DNA of 64,000 nt, from NCBI GenBank assembly GCA_902605365.1, contig CACLCM010000006.1, positions 7,121-71,120 on the forward strand, written 5' to 3'. Source of the stretch: an uncultured Candidatus Poseidoniales archaeon. GTDB lineage: Archaea; Thermoplasmatota; Poseidoniia; Poseidoniales; Poseidoniaceae. The number at the start of each line of letters is the position of its first letter. The first letter of the stretch is position 1. Below, in pieces: positions 19,329-29,294 of the stretch. The position numbers and the translations under genes were made by a program. Below the pieces are notes generated by a model, which did no database searches, was not told where the DNA came from, and was given only the letters and a program-made list of their open reading frames with translations.

Positions 19329-21746
19329 ATGACCAAGCCCCTGCATGTGATGATAGTTTGTTTTATTTTGATGATGATGCCATTATCTGGATGTTTAGAT
19401 AATTCTGAAAGCTCCGAAGAAAAAGAGGGTGCCGAGGAACAACAAGAGCAGAACGAGGTCTCTTTAATAGAAGGATGTATGACAAATAGCTCAGTCAATT
19501 ATGACCCAAATGCAACAAAAGATGATGGGTCTTGTATGGAATTACTCCCCAAAGATGCTCTAATAGAACTTTACGAATCATGGGGAGCACACATGTTCAC
19601 TCCAATCATGGATCAAGAGGACCCTCGGACAGGAGTTGAATTTAGTACAAAGTCTATGATTGTCGATTTGATAAACACAGTTGACACAGAAAATGACGAA
19701 TCACTTGCAAGAGCAGATGATGATGATGATGGAAGCAATGATTACCAGGATGGTTGGGCGCCAGCCGGCATTACAACAACTCACTTATCAGTAGTTAGAG
19801 ATGGCTCGGGCGCACTTCTTCTCACCTCTTACGATTCTACAGGTACCTCCCCATTACGCGGGATCTCGGAAGACGCCGCAATAGACAGCTCACTCAGCGA
19901 TGAAGCTTCGGGCAGAGGAGGGGGGTCCGGATGGGCAGTCGGCTTGTATGAATACCAAGCTTGTGAAAGAGATGGAGGAACTTGGGTGAACACTCACTCC
20001 GATCCTACGAACAATCCGAATGTTGGCTACTGCGAATGGACTGTGATGCCGAGTGGTTTGCAAATCAATACAGTTTCAAAAGAAATCATAAATTTAGATG
20101 GTGAAATGGTAATCCGAACCAATGGGCTTGGTAATTCAGTTCTCGACGATGGAACCTATGTCCGCGATGGAATGAATACAAAAACTAGCGACAGTAGATC
20201 ATTAATGGAATTTGTATTAGAAGAAGCAAAACCACTTCGAGTACCTACTTGTGATGAAATGTACGGACTTGGAAATTGCGGTGAATGGCCTATGTGCTAT
20301 GAACCTGTGCCGGGAACAGATTGTGAAGGAAATTCAGTCACTCCCCGTGGAGGGGGCTCAGGATGGGCTGTTGGATTGTATGAATACCAAGCTTGTGAAC
20401 GAGATGGAGGAACTTGGGTAAACACTCACTCCGATCCTGCAAGCAACCCTAATGTTGGCTACTGTGAATGGACTATTGCTCCATTAGACGTATTGTTTGG
20501 AACAAACCCTGTTGCAGATGGGTTTGATTTCTTAGATGCAAAATTACTAGACGCTGATATCGATTATGACTCTAGCGGCGACGGAATCACGTTCACATAT
20601 AATTTTGAAAACAGCAAGATTGGTTTTAAAATCACTGTTGATGCGATAAATCACGATTTAATTGCCTTTGAATCTGTTTCAGTTACTGAAGTAGAAAATG
20701 AGAGCAGATCTACCGAGAGATTCACCTTGAATTACATTCTAGAGACTGAATCGGAAACGGAAGATGGGGCTAAAGAAGACGTTATGATTAGAGCCGCACC
20801 TTCTGGAACACACTCACACCCTTGGCTAGACTCTGACATTAGAGATGATTGGGGATATTACCACTACTGTGGTTGCAGTTGCGTTCCTGCCGGTGGACTC
20901 TATGTTTACATGCCATACATGATATCAGCACTTAATATCCCAATTATATGTATGAACGCGTGTGCTTCTGCATGCGGGAATACAGGAGGTCCAGATTTCC
21001 CTTACATTGATGCTGACCTAATCAAAGGAACCGGAGTTAAATCCGGAAGCCTAACGGCAGATGCGACCGAATTTATCGGCTCTAAGGAAAGAGCTCCAGT
21101 ATCATTAGCCTTAGACTTTGAATGCTACCACGATGATGAAAAGAGCGAAACAGTCCCTCTAGAGTCCATCCAAGATGGGGTAGATGATTGTTCCACAAGC
21201 GCTGACGAAGAGTTTGATTCGGAAAACGGAGTTACCTTTGTGGTCTCTGATAAACAAATCAGAAACCCTTCAATCACTACCATGGGGGTACAATTCATGA
21301 CCATGACTGAGGATGGGTCAAGTGTTCTCGAAGTTATGAATTTTACAATTCCTTTTGTTAAGGAAGAAGCCGGAGAGTCTGAACGTTCGGCTGAATCAGA
21401 TGATGAAGGAAGTGACGACAGTTCTGGAAGAGAAGTCGTTTACACTGATGTTGACGGAGATGGAAATATCAGCCCAGGAGATCTGATATCTGTAACATTC
21501 CCGCATGATGAATTCATTCAATTCGTTGATAATTCTAACGGAGTCACAGTTGCAATTCATGGTGAAGAAGACACTACTGCAGTAATTTTCCGCGACATGA
21601 CTTGTCAAGAACAAGCAGGCGACGATGTCTGTGAAAGCACAGTTAGTTATTATGATGCAAGCACTGGAACTTGGTATAACATGAGAATGTGCTTTTTGAA
21701 ACCTATCGGCGAGGACTGTAACGGAAATCCTATTTCAGATTCTTGA
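19329..21746 (+). CDS. Acidic putative lipoprotein with multiple Cys-rich cassettes
   Basis: LSGC lipobox, GCMTNSSVNYDPNAT motif, duplicated 43-aa module and Ca-binding-like DVDGDGNISPGD. Confidence 0.75.
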   Translation: MTKPLHVMIVCFILMMMPLSGCLDNSESSEEKEGAEEQQEQNEVSLIEGCMTNSSVNYDPNATKDDGSCMELLPKDALIELYESWGAHMFTPIMDQEDPRTGVEFSTKSMIVDLINTVDTENDESLARADDDDDGSNDYQDGWAPAGITTTHLSVVRDGSGALLLTSYDSTGTSPLRGISEDAAIDSSLSDEASGRGGGSGWAVGLYEYQACERDGGTWVNTHSDPTNNPNVGYCEWTVMPSGLQINTVSKEIINLDGEMVIRTNGLGNSVLDDGTYVRDGMNTKTSDSRSLMEFVLEEAKPLRVPTCDEMYGLGNCGEWPMCYEPVPGTDCEGNSVTPRGGGSGWAVGLYEYQACERDGGTWVNTHSDPASNPNVGYCEWTIAPLDVLFGTNPVADGFDFLDAKLLDADIDYDSSGDGITFTYNFENSKIGFKITVDAINHDLIAFESVSVTEVENESRSTERFTLNYILETESETEDGAKEDVMIRAAPSGTHSHPWLDSDIRDDWGYYHYCGCSCVPAGGLYVYMPYMISALNIPIICMNACASACGNTGGPDFPYIDADLIKGTGVKSGSLTADATEFIGSKERAPVSLALDFECYHDDEKSETVPLESIQDGVDDCSTSADEEFDSENGVTFVVSDKQIRNPSITTMGVQFMTMTEDGSSVLEVMNFTIPFVKEEAGESERSAESDDEGSDDSSGREVVYTDVDGDGNISPGDLISVTFPHDEFIQFVDNSNGVTVAIHGEEDTTAVIFRDMTCQEQAGDDVCESTVSYYDASTGTWYNMRMCFLKPIGEDCNGNPISDS
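19914..20474 (+). repeat. 129-bp intragenic direct repeat (19914-20042 and 20346-20474)
   Basis: Both copies encode RGGGSGWAVGLYEYQACERDGGTWVNTHSDPxxNPNVGYCEWT; manual alignment gives 11 synonymous and 2 non-synonymous codon differences. Confidence 0.95.
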
Positions 21747-21774
21747 GCAAGAAGAACTGACAAGAGTGGGTAAT

Positions 21775-24700
21775 ATGCGTCATGCAATGTCGCTGCTAAT
21801 GTGCTTCATCTTGTGTTCCAGCGTCTTTACGTCGATACCAAATAATGAACAGTTGTCAACAGATGGTACAGGTTCCAAATCGATCGTTCATGATGGCTGG
21901 AATCATGGTTCACAAGAAGGATCAATCCTGTCTAACTCTACAGCCACTGTTGGTGGAGGTGATGGAACAACCAATGAAGAATTTGTGTGCATCATCCAAG
22001 AGGGTTCATTGGATGTATATTGTTGGGGGAAAAATGACCAAGGTCAATTAGCGTTAGGTGATACAATAGACCGATCAAGTCCTAGCACAGTTGGCTTACA
22101 CCAGAACTCTCAAGTTCCAATGAGAGCCACAACTATTGATGCTGGAGGCTCACATACCTGTGCAATCAGCACCTCAAAGGACATATTTTGCTGGGGAGCA
22201 AATGATTTCGGACAACTAGGCGCTGCGTCAGGAACTGCTCAACCACAACTAAACTATGCAATCGTAGATATTGATTGGAATGTCCATTCACCCCTTGCAA
22301 TTTCTTCAGGTGGCACATCATCTTGTGCAATTTTAGCCGATAATCAACTCTCCAAATCACTATGGTGCTGGGGATCTATATTGTCATCTGGAAACACGAT
22401 TCAACCACCTGATTATCAAGGCTCTTGCCCCTATCTGCAAATTAGGGATATATCATCTCTCCCGGGAAGTTGCGTCGCCCCTAATCCGTGGGATGCAGAC
22501 GGGGATGGATGGGCGATACATTCCGGAGCCTATGGCTACCTACAGGCGTATGGTCAAGGTGATTGTAACGATAATAATCCAAATACCAACCCTGGACAAA
22601 ACGAAGTACCAGGTGATGGCCAAGACAATGATTGTGACGGAAGTATTGATGAAACTGTCCAACAGATTCCCTTGGCAAATCAACCAATGCAAGTTAGTGT
22701 TGGGAAAGAACATGTATGTGTGATGACGGATATGCAAGAGTTGTACTGTTGGGGTGACAATACATATCATCAATCCGATGCTCTCACACAGGGAACTGCT
22801 GTCATAGAACAACCACAATTACTGGACTTCAGCCCACTAGTCACCAATGCACAAACTCTTACGCCTTTGCGCGTTGCTGCTGGAAGCTCCCACACCTGTG
22901 TAATCCTTTCCGATCAATCAGTGGCATGCTGGGGAGAGTGGATGGGGATGGCATTATCCCAAGGTCTAATCCCTCCCAACCAGATGACTCGTGTTTCAAC
23001 GACAAACCCGAATTGGACTCCAACCGGATCTTCTCCCACAAGTTGGATGGAAGCTTCTTCTCAAACACATGCATTGGTGCCTATTTCGATTAGTGCTGGG
23101 GCCGAGCATACATGTATTACCGCACAAAATATAGTTCTAGAACCATTCGTGACCCCACAAGCCCCAGCGCCATCCTTGCGACCCTATGCTTTGTGTTGGG
23201 GGGATGGTGAACAGGGGCAACTTGGACAGGGGGGCGATTTCAACGATTATTCCGAATACAAATATGTCGAAACAAGAAGTTTGCAACAAGAGGGGACTGG
23301 GATGGCCGACTTCTCGACAATTGTTGTTGCAGGTGGCGATACCACATGTACTGTAAAGACCGCCTTCGACCCAACAATCAGATGTTTTGGAAGTAATGAT
23401 GCTGGGACCTATGGGCACGACCGAGTATGGCCGGATTCGTATTACACAACTGACATCTCTGCCCAATCCCGTATTGGAATTTCGCAAGCCGGGACTTGGA
23501 AGGGCATTAGTGTAAAAAATATTCAGGAAAATGTGATTGATTTTGACACCTCTTCAAGTGATACGGGTTGCTTCATAACAGAAGATGTGGATATATTACT
23601 ACCAAACAAAATGTATTGTTGGGGAATTTTCATTCATGCACCCATCGGATCAACATCTACAGGGAATGCAATTAATTTAGGTAACCAATTCCATGTGAAT
23701 ACTATAGATTCAGAAAGATTACCTCAAGAAATTATTATGCCACAGGGGAAAAATCCAATTCAAATCAAAGTCAGTGCAAATTGGGCATGTGCGCTCATGG
23801 ACGACGGAACAGTCTGGTGCTGGGGTGAAGAAATGATCATCCCAGACCTTGATCAAAGCCAAGAAGGACGTGAAAATTGTGCATACCATTCACTTAATGA
23901 TGGTCATGTGTTTTCAACTGTCTCGTCATCATCCAACAGTGGAAATCTGTATTACTGTGAAGGGCAATTCAGGAGTGGCGATGGATCGACAGGAGACCTA
24001 CATCAAATTCCAATTAGTGGGGTGACCTCTTTGAATTTAGGTCTCGGAATGGGGTGCGCTTCAACAATTTATCAAGAAGTAAAATGTTGGGGGCTAGAGT
24101 GGGGTTTCGGAACGAAACAAGCATCTCATGTCAGTCAAAGCTGGGATGGAGGTTTTCCCTCTACAGCCCCCTCATCTGGCCTTAACGGGAACTCGAATTT
24201 CGCAACGCAGACATGGGTTTTGCTGGATGGACAAACTCCAGATACAATGACAGATATGCAATCGATGGCAACTGCCAGCGTTTTTTCCAGCAATAGAGGA
24301 GGAGGACATTTCGATATTTTCGGAATCAATATGTGTATCAAAGTAATTTCTGGCAAGGCGGTTTGTTATGGGTCACAAGTGGGAGTCTTGAATACTCCAT
24401 TCGATGAAAACAAAGTGAATACTTGGTTGGACACGGATGACCCCGCCTATATCGATGGCGTGGCGCTTTTCGGTTCCGAAATAACATCTGTTGCAAGAAA
24501 TGTTTGGTCAATCTGTGTGACTTTGGTTTCAAGTGAAATATATTGCGCTGGAGAAAACAAGTATGGACAGTTGGGAAGTGGAACAATTGTTCATGATTCA
24601 TTGGGCCATGATTGGACACTAGTAGATACGCAGGGCCTAAATTTCGACCGTGTCGTCATGAGCGATACACGTAGCATGTGTGCCTGGAATACACAGAACC

Positions 24701-27009
24701 CAACAAGCGAAAACGTACTTTGTTGGGGCAGTGCTTTTGCTGAACTTCCAATTGGGCAATCATGCGGATCAGATGCCCCTTCTTGGGTTCCCTGCTTCGC
24801 TAGCTCGAGGGATATTATTGCCACACCAACTGAAGCATACCTTCTGAAAGGAATGAACAGCATATCTGAAATCCAATTGAACGCTTTTGGTGGATGCGTT
24901 ATTGCAGATGGAAATCTTGGATGTTGGGGGCATTACGATGGTGGGCAAGGATGTCATTCGGATGAACAAGCCGCTGTAGAATTCATTATCCCTGGGTGTA
25001 CCACCGAATTAAGAGTTGAACTTCCAGGTACACAGAACTCAGCACCTTCTATTTCATCAGTCGTGATTACTCCGGGATCAGGTGTAAGTAATACTGATGT
25101 TTTAGTTTGTTCAATTACCGGCCCAATTGACCCCGATGCTGACCCTTTGTTGCCGTATGTGTATGAATGGGTCTTGACAACACCACAGGGCGACGTTTAC
25201 ACATACAGTGCAACTTCTTATTCCACAAGCAATCCACTCGACTTACCGGCCACTGTTTACTCCTCGGTCTTTGGTCACTTGGCCTCACCTGGAGATGTGA
25301 TTGAATGTTTTGTCACTATCTCTGATATCTATGGTGCATCAAGCACGATTCAATCAAATGCCGTGATAGTAATGGGCGCCAAATATTACGATATGGATAG
25401 TGATGGTTACGGCGACATGAATGCTCCACCAATCTATGTTGATTATTGCAACTCAGATATCGATTGCCCCGCAGGAGGCACCTTAGCAAGCGCCTCCTCA
25501 TCCTCTCCCGCATATTACACCGGAGTTTGTATTAATTCAGTTTGTGATTTGGGTCCGAATTATTCAGACAACAATCTTGATTGTGATGATCAAAATCCAG
25601 CGGTCAATCCATCCCAAGTCGAAGACCCATTCAATGGAATAGATGATAATTGTGATGGACAGCAAGCCCAACTCTTCCTCGATTGGGATAATGACGGCTA
25701 TGGCGATGCTAACTATCCATTGGTCTCGGACTGTGTAACAGACTCCGATTGTAGCGTAAATGACCTATGTGTTACAACCTTTGGGCATTCAACTTGTACA
25801 AACCCTAGCCACCCTGTCTTTGGAACAGCTTGCACAAGTTCATTTGATTGTGATATTAAGTTCACAAAAGTAGCATCAGCAAGTTCCTTTTCCTGTGCTT
25901 TAACTACAGAGGGAGATGCGATTTGTTGGGGCATAGATGGTACGGAATACTGGCCTCTACCCGGATATACATTTTCAGATATTGAAGCAGGACACGCAGC
26001 AGTATGTGGGTTGGAAACCACCTCATCAAACATTATATGTTGGAGCATTCATGGAAGCCCGATTGGATCTAACTTTATCCAAATCCAGGCAAGTAATTTT
26101 CAATTTACAAGTTTAACATTAGATAAAAACAATGTATGCGCAATTTCAACTAACGGGGAACTATACTGTAAAAATATGATTTCACCTGCAGCACCAATAC
26201 TTCAACCTCAAACCAATGTTTTGCAAGTAGACATTGGAATTTCTATGTATAATGACGGTCATAAATGTATACTATACGATACTGGAAATATTGATTGCTT
26301 AATCGGAGGTAATTCTTTCGCCTATGATGCCACAATCCCTCCTGCCGGAATTCAATTTTCAAGTATCGCTACTGGTCATTTATTCACTTGTGGAATTGAA
26401 ACAACAACCTTATTGGTTCAATGCTGGGGAGATAACAATTTCAATGTCCAATCCACCCCTACCGATCAATTTCAGTCTATTATAGCAGGGCGTAACACAA
26501 TTTGCGGAATATCTCTTTCAAACGAAGTAATTTGTTGGGGTAAATCATCTGAAATAGGGCACAGTATGTATCCCCCCCAAGGAACTGTTGCAAAAAGTGT
26601 TAGCGTGGGGCGACTCAATGTGTGTAGTGTAAACTTTCAAGATGAAATATATTGTTGGGGAGTTCCAGATTGGAATAATGTTAACGGCATAAACTACCCT
26701 ACGGGATTTGCTGGGTTGCTAGATGGGCCCGATGAATCACTAGTAACGTGTATTAACGGGATTTGCTCTTTACCAAACTATGTGCCTATACTTACTCCTG
26801 ATGATGTCGATTGTAATGATTGGGATCCAACAGTAAACCCTAGCATGAGTGAAGTACAAGGAAATAATGTAGATGATGATTGTGACGGAATCATAGATCA
26901 ATCGCCTACAATTCAATCTAATAGTAATTTTTTGACTACAATTAACAGTTACTTCGCTATTGGTTCATTATTAATTTTATTCTGCTTATTATGGTTTAAG
27001 AAAAAATGA
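21775..27009 (+). CDS. Large membrane-anchored surface protein with RCC1-like repeats and three MopE-like DCxD...NP...DxxCDG motifs
   Basis: Signal peptide; many CWGxNxxGQL and HTC repeats; three DCxD...DxxCDG motifs; Ig-like NSAPSISSV segment; C-terminal TM plus KKK. Confidence 0.85.
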   Translation: MRHAMSLLMCFILCSSVFTSIPNNEQLSTDGTGSKSIVHDGWNHGSQEGSILSNSTATVGGGDGTTNEEFVCIIQEGSLDVYCWGKNDQGQLALGDTIDRSSPSTVGLHQNSQVPMRATTIDAGGSHTCAISTSKDIFCWGANDFGQLGAASGTAQPQLNYAIVDIDWNVHSPLAISSGGTSSCAILADNQLSKSLWCWGSILSSGNTIQPPDYQGSCPYLQIRDISSLPGSCVAPNPWDADGDGWAIHSGAYGYLQAYGQGDCNDNNPNTNPGQNEVPGDGQDNDCDGSIDETVQQIPLANQPMQVSVGKEHVCVMTDMQELYCWGDNTYHQSDALTQGTAVIEQPQLLDFSPLVTNAQTLTPLRVAAGSSHTCVILSDQSVACWGEWMGMALSQGLIPPNQMTRVSTTNPNWTPTGSSPTSWMEASSQTHALVPISISAGAEHTCITAQNIVLEPFVTPQAPAPSLRPYALCWGDGEQGQLGQGGDFNDYSEYKYVETRSLQQEGTGMADFSTIVVAGGDTTCTVKTAFDPTIRCFGSNDAGTYGHDRVWPDSYYTTDISAQSRIGISQAGTWKGISVKNIQENVIDFDTSSSDTGCFITEDVDILLPNKMYCWGIFIHAPIGSTSTGNAINLGNQFHVNTIDSERLPQEIIMPQGKNPIQIKVSANWACALMDDGTVWCWGEEMIIPDLDQSQEGRENCAYHSLNDGHVFSTVSSSSNSGNLYYCEGQFRSGDGSTGDLHQIPISGVTSLNLGLGMGCASTIYQEVKCWGLEWGFGTKQASHVSQSWDGGFPSTAPSSGLNGNSNFATQTWVLLDGQTPDTMTDMQSMATASVFSSNRGGGHFDIFGINMCIKVISGKAVCYGSQVGVLNTPFDENKVNTWLDTDDPAYIDGVALFGSEITSVARNVWSICVTLVSSEIYCAGENKYGQLGSGTIVHDSLGHDWTLVDTQGLNFDRVVMSDTRSMCAWNTQNPTSENVLCWGSAFAELPIGQSCGSDAPSWVPCFASSRDIIATPTEAYLLKGMNSISEIQLNAFGGCVIADGNLGCWGHYDGGQGCHSDEQAAVEFIIPGCTTELRVELPGTQNSAPSISSVVITPGSGVSNTDVLVCSITGPIDPDADPLLPYVYEWVLTTPQGDVYTYSATSYSTSNPLDLPATVYSSVFGHLASPGDVIECFVTISDIYGASSTIQSNAVIVMGAKYYDMDSDGYGDMNAPPIYVDYCNSDIDCPAGGTLASASSSSPAYYTGVCINSVCDLGPNYSDNNLDCDDQNPAVNPSQVEDPFNGIDDNCDGQQAQLFLDWDNDGYGDANYPLVSDCVTDSDCSVNDLCVTTFGHSTCTNPSHPVFGTACTSSFDCDIKFTKVASASSFSCALTTEGDAICWGIDGTEYWPLPGYTFSDIEAGHAAVCGLETTSSNIICWSIHGSPIGSNFIQIQASNFQFTSLTLDKNNVCAISTNGELYCKNMISPAAPILQPQTNVLQVDIGISMYNDGHKCILYDTGNIDCLIGGNSFAYDATIPPAGIQFSSIATGHLFTCGIETTTLLVQCWGDNNFNVQSTPTDQFQSIIAGRNTICGISLSNEVICWGKSSEIGHSMYPPQGTVAKSVSVGRLNVCSVNFQDEIYCWGVPDWNNVNGINYPTGFAGLLDGPDESLVTCINGICSLPNYVPILTPDDVDCNDWDPTVNPSMSEVQGNNVDDDCDGIIDQSPTIQSNSNFLTTINSYFAIGSLLILFCLLWFKKK

Positions 27010-27040
27010 GTGAAAGAACAGCGATGATGGAGTTTTTGAC

Positions 27041-27292
27041 ATGGCCTTACTCAACATTTGGTCTCTAGGTCATTTCGTCCAATGGACGTTTATTGGACGA
27101 TACCTACTACGCAACTGGTGGATTTTCATCTTTCTTTCAGTAGGGTGGGAAGTCTTGGAACTCTATCTTCCATATGAATTCGTAGAGGAAACCTGGGATA
27201 ACAAAATCTCAGACCTCGTCGTCAACACTATCGGGTTTGCAATAGGTAAATGGATACGGTATGATCCCGAAACCTTGCAGTCCAACCGTTAG
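27041..27292 (+). CDS. Small membrane protein (VanZ/DUF2585-like H..WE..E..D pattern)
   Basis: WSLGHF, VGWEVLE and ETWDNKISDL motifs; GGAG SD upstream. Confidence 0.6.
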   Translation: MALLNIWSLGHFVQWTFIGRYLLRNWWIFIFLSVGWEVLELYLPYEFVEETWDNKISDLVVNTIGFAIGKWIRYDPETLQSNR

Positions 27293-27336
27293 TGCCTCCA
27301 AACGGAGAGTAACTAAGCAAAGCGCCTCTTCGTATT

Positions 27337-27645
27337 TCAATTTAAATCTCGGATTAATTCGTTGACATCAACATTACCGTTGTAAATTAGAAACCCGCAA
27401 ACTAATACTGTAACTGTAGCAAATAGAAGTGCTCTGTTGATTATTCCTTTGACAAAGTCAAATACATTTTTTGCTGCCTTGGAAACCTTTTCACCAACTT
27501 CGTCTAAGCTTGGGAGTTCGACATTTGTTGATTGGTCAACATGTGTATTTTGGGTGTTGTGATGAACGTCTCCAACATGTACATCCCCCGTAACCACGGA
27601 GTCCTGAATCTTCGACTCAACATCTGACACAGATTTCCCAATCAT
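27337..27645 (-). CDS. Hypothetical single-TM protein
   Basis: 102-aa ORF with a low-complexity IQDSVVTGDVHVGDVHH segment and a C-terminal hydrophobic helix. Confidence 0.6.
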   Translation of the reverse strand: MIGKSVSDVESKIQDSVVTGDVHVGDVHHNTQNTHVDQSTNVELPSLDEVGEKVSKAAKNVFDFVKGIINRALLFATVTVLVCGFLIYNGNVDVNELIRDLN

Positions 27646-27669
27646 CCTGGACTTATAGATGCTGAGGGT

Positions 27670-28350
27670 TTAGAAAGGCTCTTGCAATCCAGCGATTAGA
27701 GTCATCAATGCAGTTCTGAATGGTATTAGAGGCCTCCAACCATCACCTGTAAGGGCGAGTAGTAACTGATGGAGCGGGTCAAGGTCTGGCCTTTGATTTA
27801 CTTCATCCGCTATTGGCTTAGCCTCCATTCCTGCAATTTCATGGCCAAACAATACTTCTGCAGTAAAGTTTCCACTAATGCCCTGGTTTGTTCTTTTCCA
27901 CAGCATATCAAACTCGGACTTAGTATCTTCAGATGACCATTCTCGACGACCGCACATGTGAACATTGTCGAGTTTCACCTCCGCTTTCAAAATGTGAGCA
28001 ATGGCATTGGCCGCATCAGCAACGCTCAACCAGTACCTAGACGGCCCGGCAATATCTTCCCCATTAGCCCAATTGATTATTTCAGGAGCAAGCCATTTAT
28101 CGGCACGCGATGGTAACAAGTCGTGAATAATTAGATCCTTGCCAACAACGATGTCTGCATCGCTATCGTCAAAAGAGATAGAAAACCCAGAACCTTCTCT
28201 TACAATGCCTGCTGTAGAATAATCTAGTAAAGAGGCATTGCGATTGAGGTGATTTTCTTCCTTAGCTATCACATCGATATCCATCATTAGCAGTTTGTCG
28301 ATTACGGCTTCACCTAGAGAACAGGTTGCCCCAATGACTTTTATTGCCAT
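27670..28350 (-). CDS. Degenerate NAD-dependent epimerase/dehydratase-like protein
   Basis: N-terminal IKVIGATCSLG Rossmann-like strand-helix and C-terminal WLSVADAANAI...GWRP pattern of extended SDRs; no YxxxK seen. Confidence 0.55.
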   Translation of the reverse strand: MAIKVIGATCSLGEAVIDKLLMMDIDVIAKEENHLNRNASLLDYSTAGIVREGSGFSISFDDSDADIVVGKDLIIHDLLPSRADKWLAPEIINWANGEDIAGPSRYWLSVADAANAIAHILKAEVKLDNVHMCGRREWSSEDTKSEFDMLWKRTNQGISGNFTAEVLFGHEIAGMEAKPIADEVNQRPDLDPLHQLLLALTGDGWRPLIPFRTALMTLIAGLQEPF

Positions 28351-28398
28351 ATTTACCGCTGTAAGTTCACTATTGATGACTTTATCTCTTGTAGTTTT

Positions 28399-28571
28399 TT
28401 TCAATTGTAATTTTTAATTTTCAATTGATTTATTTTAGATAATTTCAAAAACGTCGTAGGATTATGCGACACCAATTGAAAGTAAACTATCGCGCCCTAA
28501 TCTAAAAATGAAATTAGTCTCTTTCTGCAATTGAAGATGCATAGATTATGCGTCAAACCCAATTGGAAAGT
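28399..28571. promoter_or_regulatory. AT-rich intergenic region with five CAATTG-centred repeats (candidate protein-binding array or origin)
   Basis: CAATTG at 28402, 28422, 28473, 28528 and 28560; imperfect direct repeat GATTATGCG-n-CCAATTG(G)AAAGT at about 28460 and 28544. Confidence 0.45.
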
Positions 28572-28654
28572 TATTTTTTGACGGAGACAAGTATAATAGT
28601 CGCCACTGAGGAGGACGGGTTGGCCAAGAGTCACAAGGCCAAGGAGATGGGAAA

Positions 28655-29245
28655 ATGCCAAACAACGATTATGACATCCAGGAGTTACTCCAAAGGGATG
28701 TGTACGTGAATGATACAAAGGTGGGGACGATCGTAGGAGAACGTCACCATCCGAACGAAGCAAGAGTGCGCTCAATGCGCATAATGGTGGAGCCTGGGGT
28801 CGCTGATGAATTCATGCGGAAACCTGCAGAACTCGCACCATTACACAAGGAGTTAATCCACAGCATACGTAATGATGGTGCCGTAAAACTCTCGAAGTCG
28901 ATGCGCGAACTACAGCGCAGATGGAGAAACACAGTAAGGATTGATGAAAAGCTATACGCCCCTGATGAAATGATGGACAGAGCAGTTCTGGACAACCAGG
29001 GAATGGAAATCGGAGTAATTACCGATTTGGTAAAGATCAAGAGAACCTACAGAGCAGTTGTAGTGAAAACAAGAATCGGTGTACAAATCCAACACGGCAT
29101 CGACGCTACGATCAATATTCCAATTACAGCACTGGCGCGCACACGTGAGCGCTTGGACGAAGTAGTGTTATCAAGAACACTCGACAAGTTGCTCGGTCTA
29201 CCGTCTTACATACAGGCGAATGACCCTGATGCAATAGAAGATTGA
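28655..29245 (+). CDS. Tandem PRC-barrel domain protein
   Basis: Two copies of the PRC pattern: LLQRDVYVNDTKVGTIVG and MMDRAVLDNQGMEIGVITDL...INIPITAL. Confidence 0.7.
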   Translation: MPNNDYDIQELLQRDVYVNDTKVGTIVGERHHPNEARVRSMRIMVEPGVADEFMRKPAELAPLHKELIHSIRNDGAVKLSKSMRELQRRWRNTVRIDEKLYAPDEMMDRAVLDNQGMEIGVITDLVKIKRTYRAVVVKTRIGVQIQHGIDATINIPITALARTRERLDEVVLSRTLDKLLGLPSYIQANDPDAIED

Positions 29246-29294
29246 AGCATACCGTCGTCTTTATGATGGGATGGCCGGTCGCCGACTTGCCTTT

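Noticed and set aside
19914..20474. 129-bp repeat pair as a diversity-generating retroelement TR/VR
   Set aside because: Differences are mostly synonymous and not adenine-specific, both copies are in-frame coding, and no reverse transcriptase is present.
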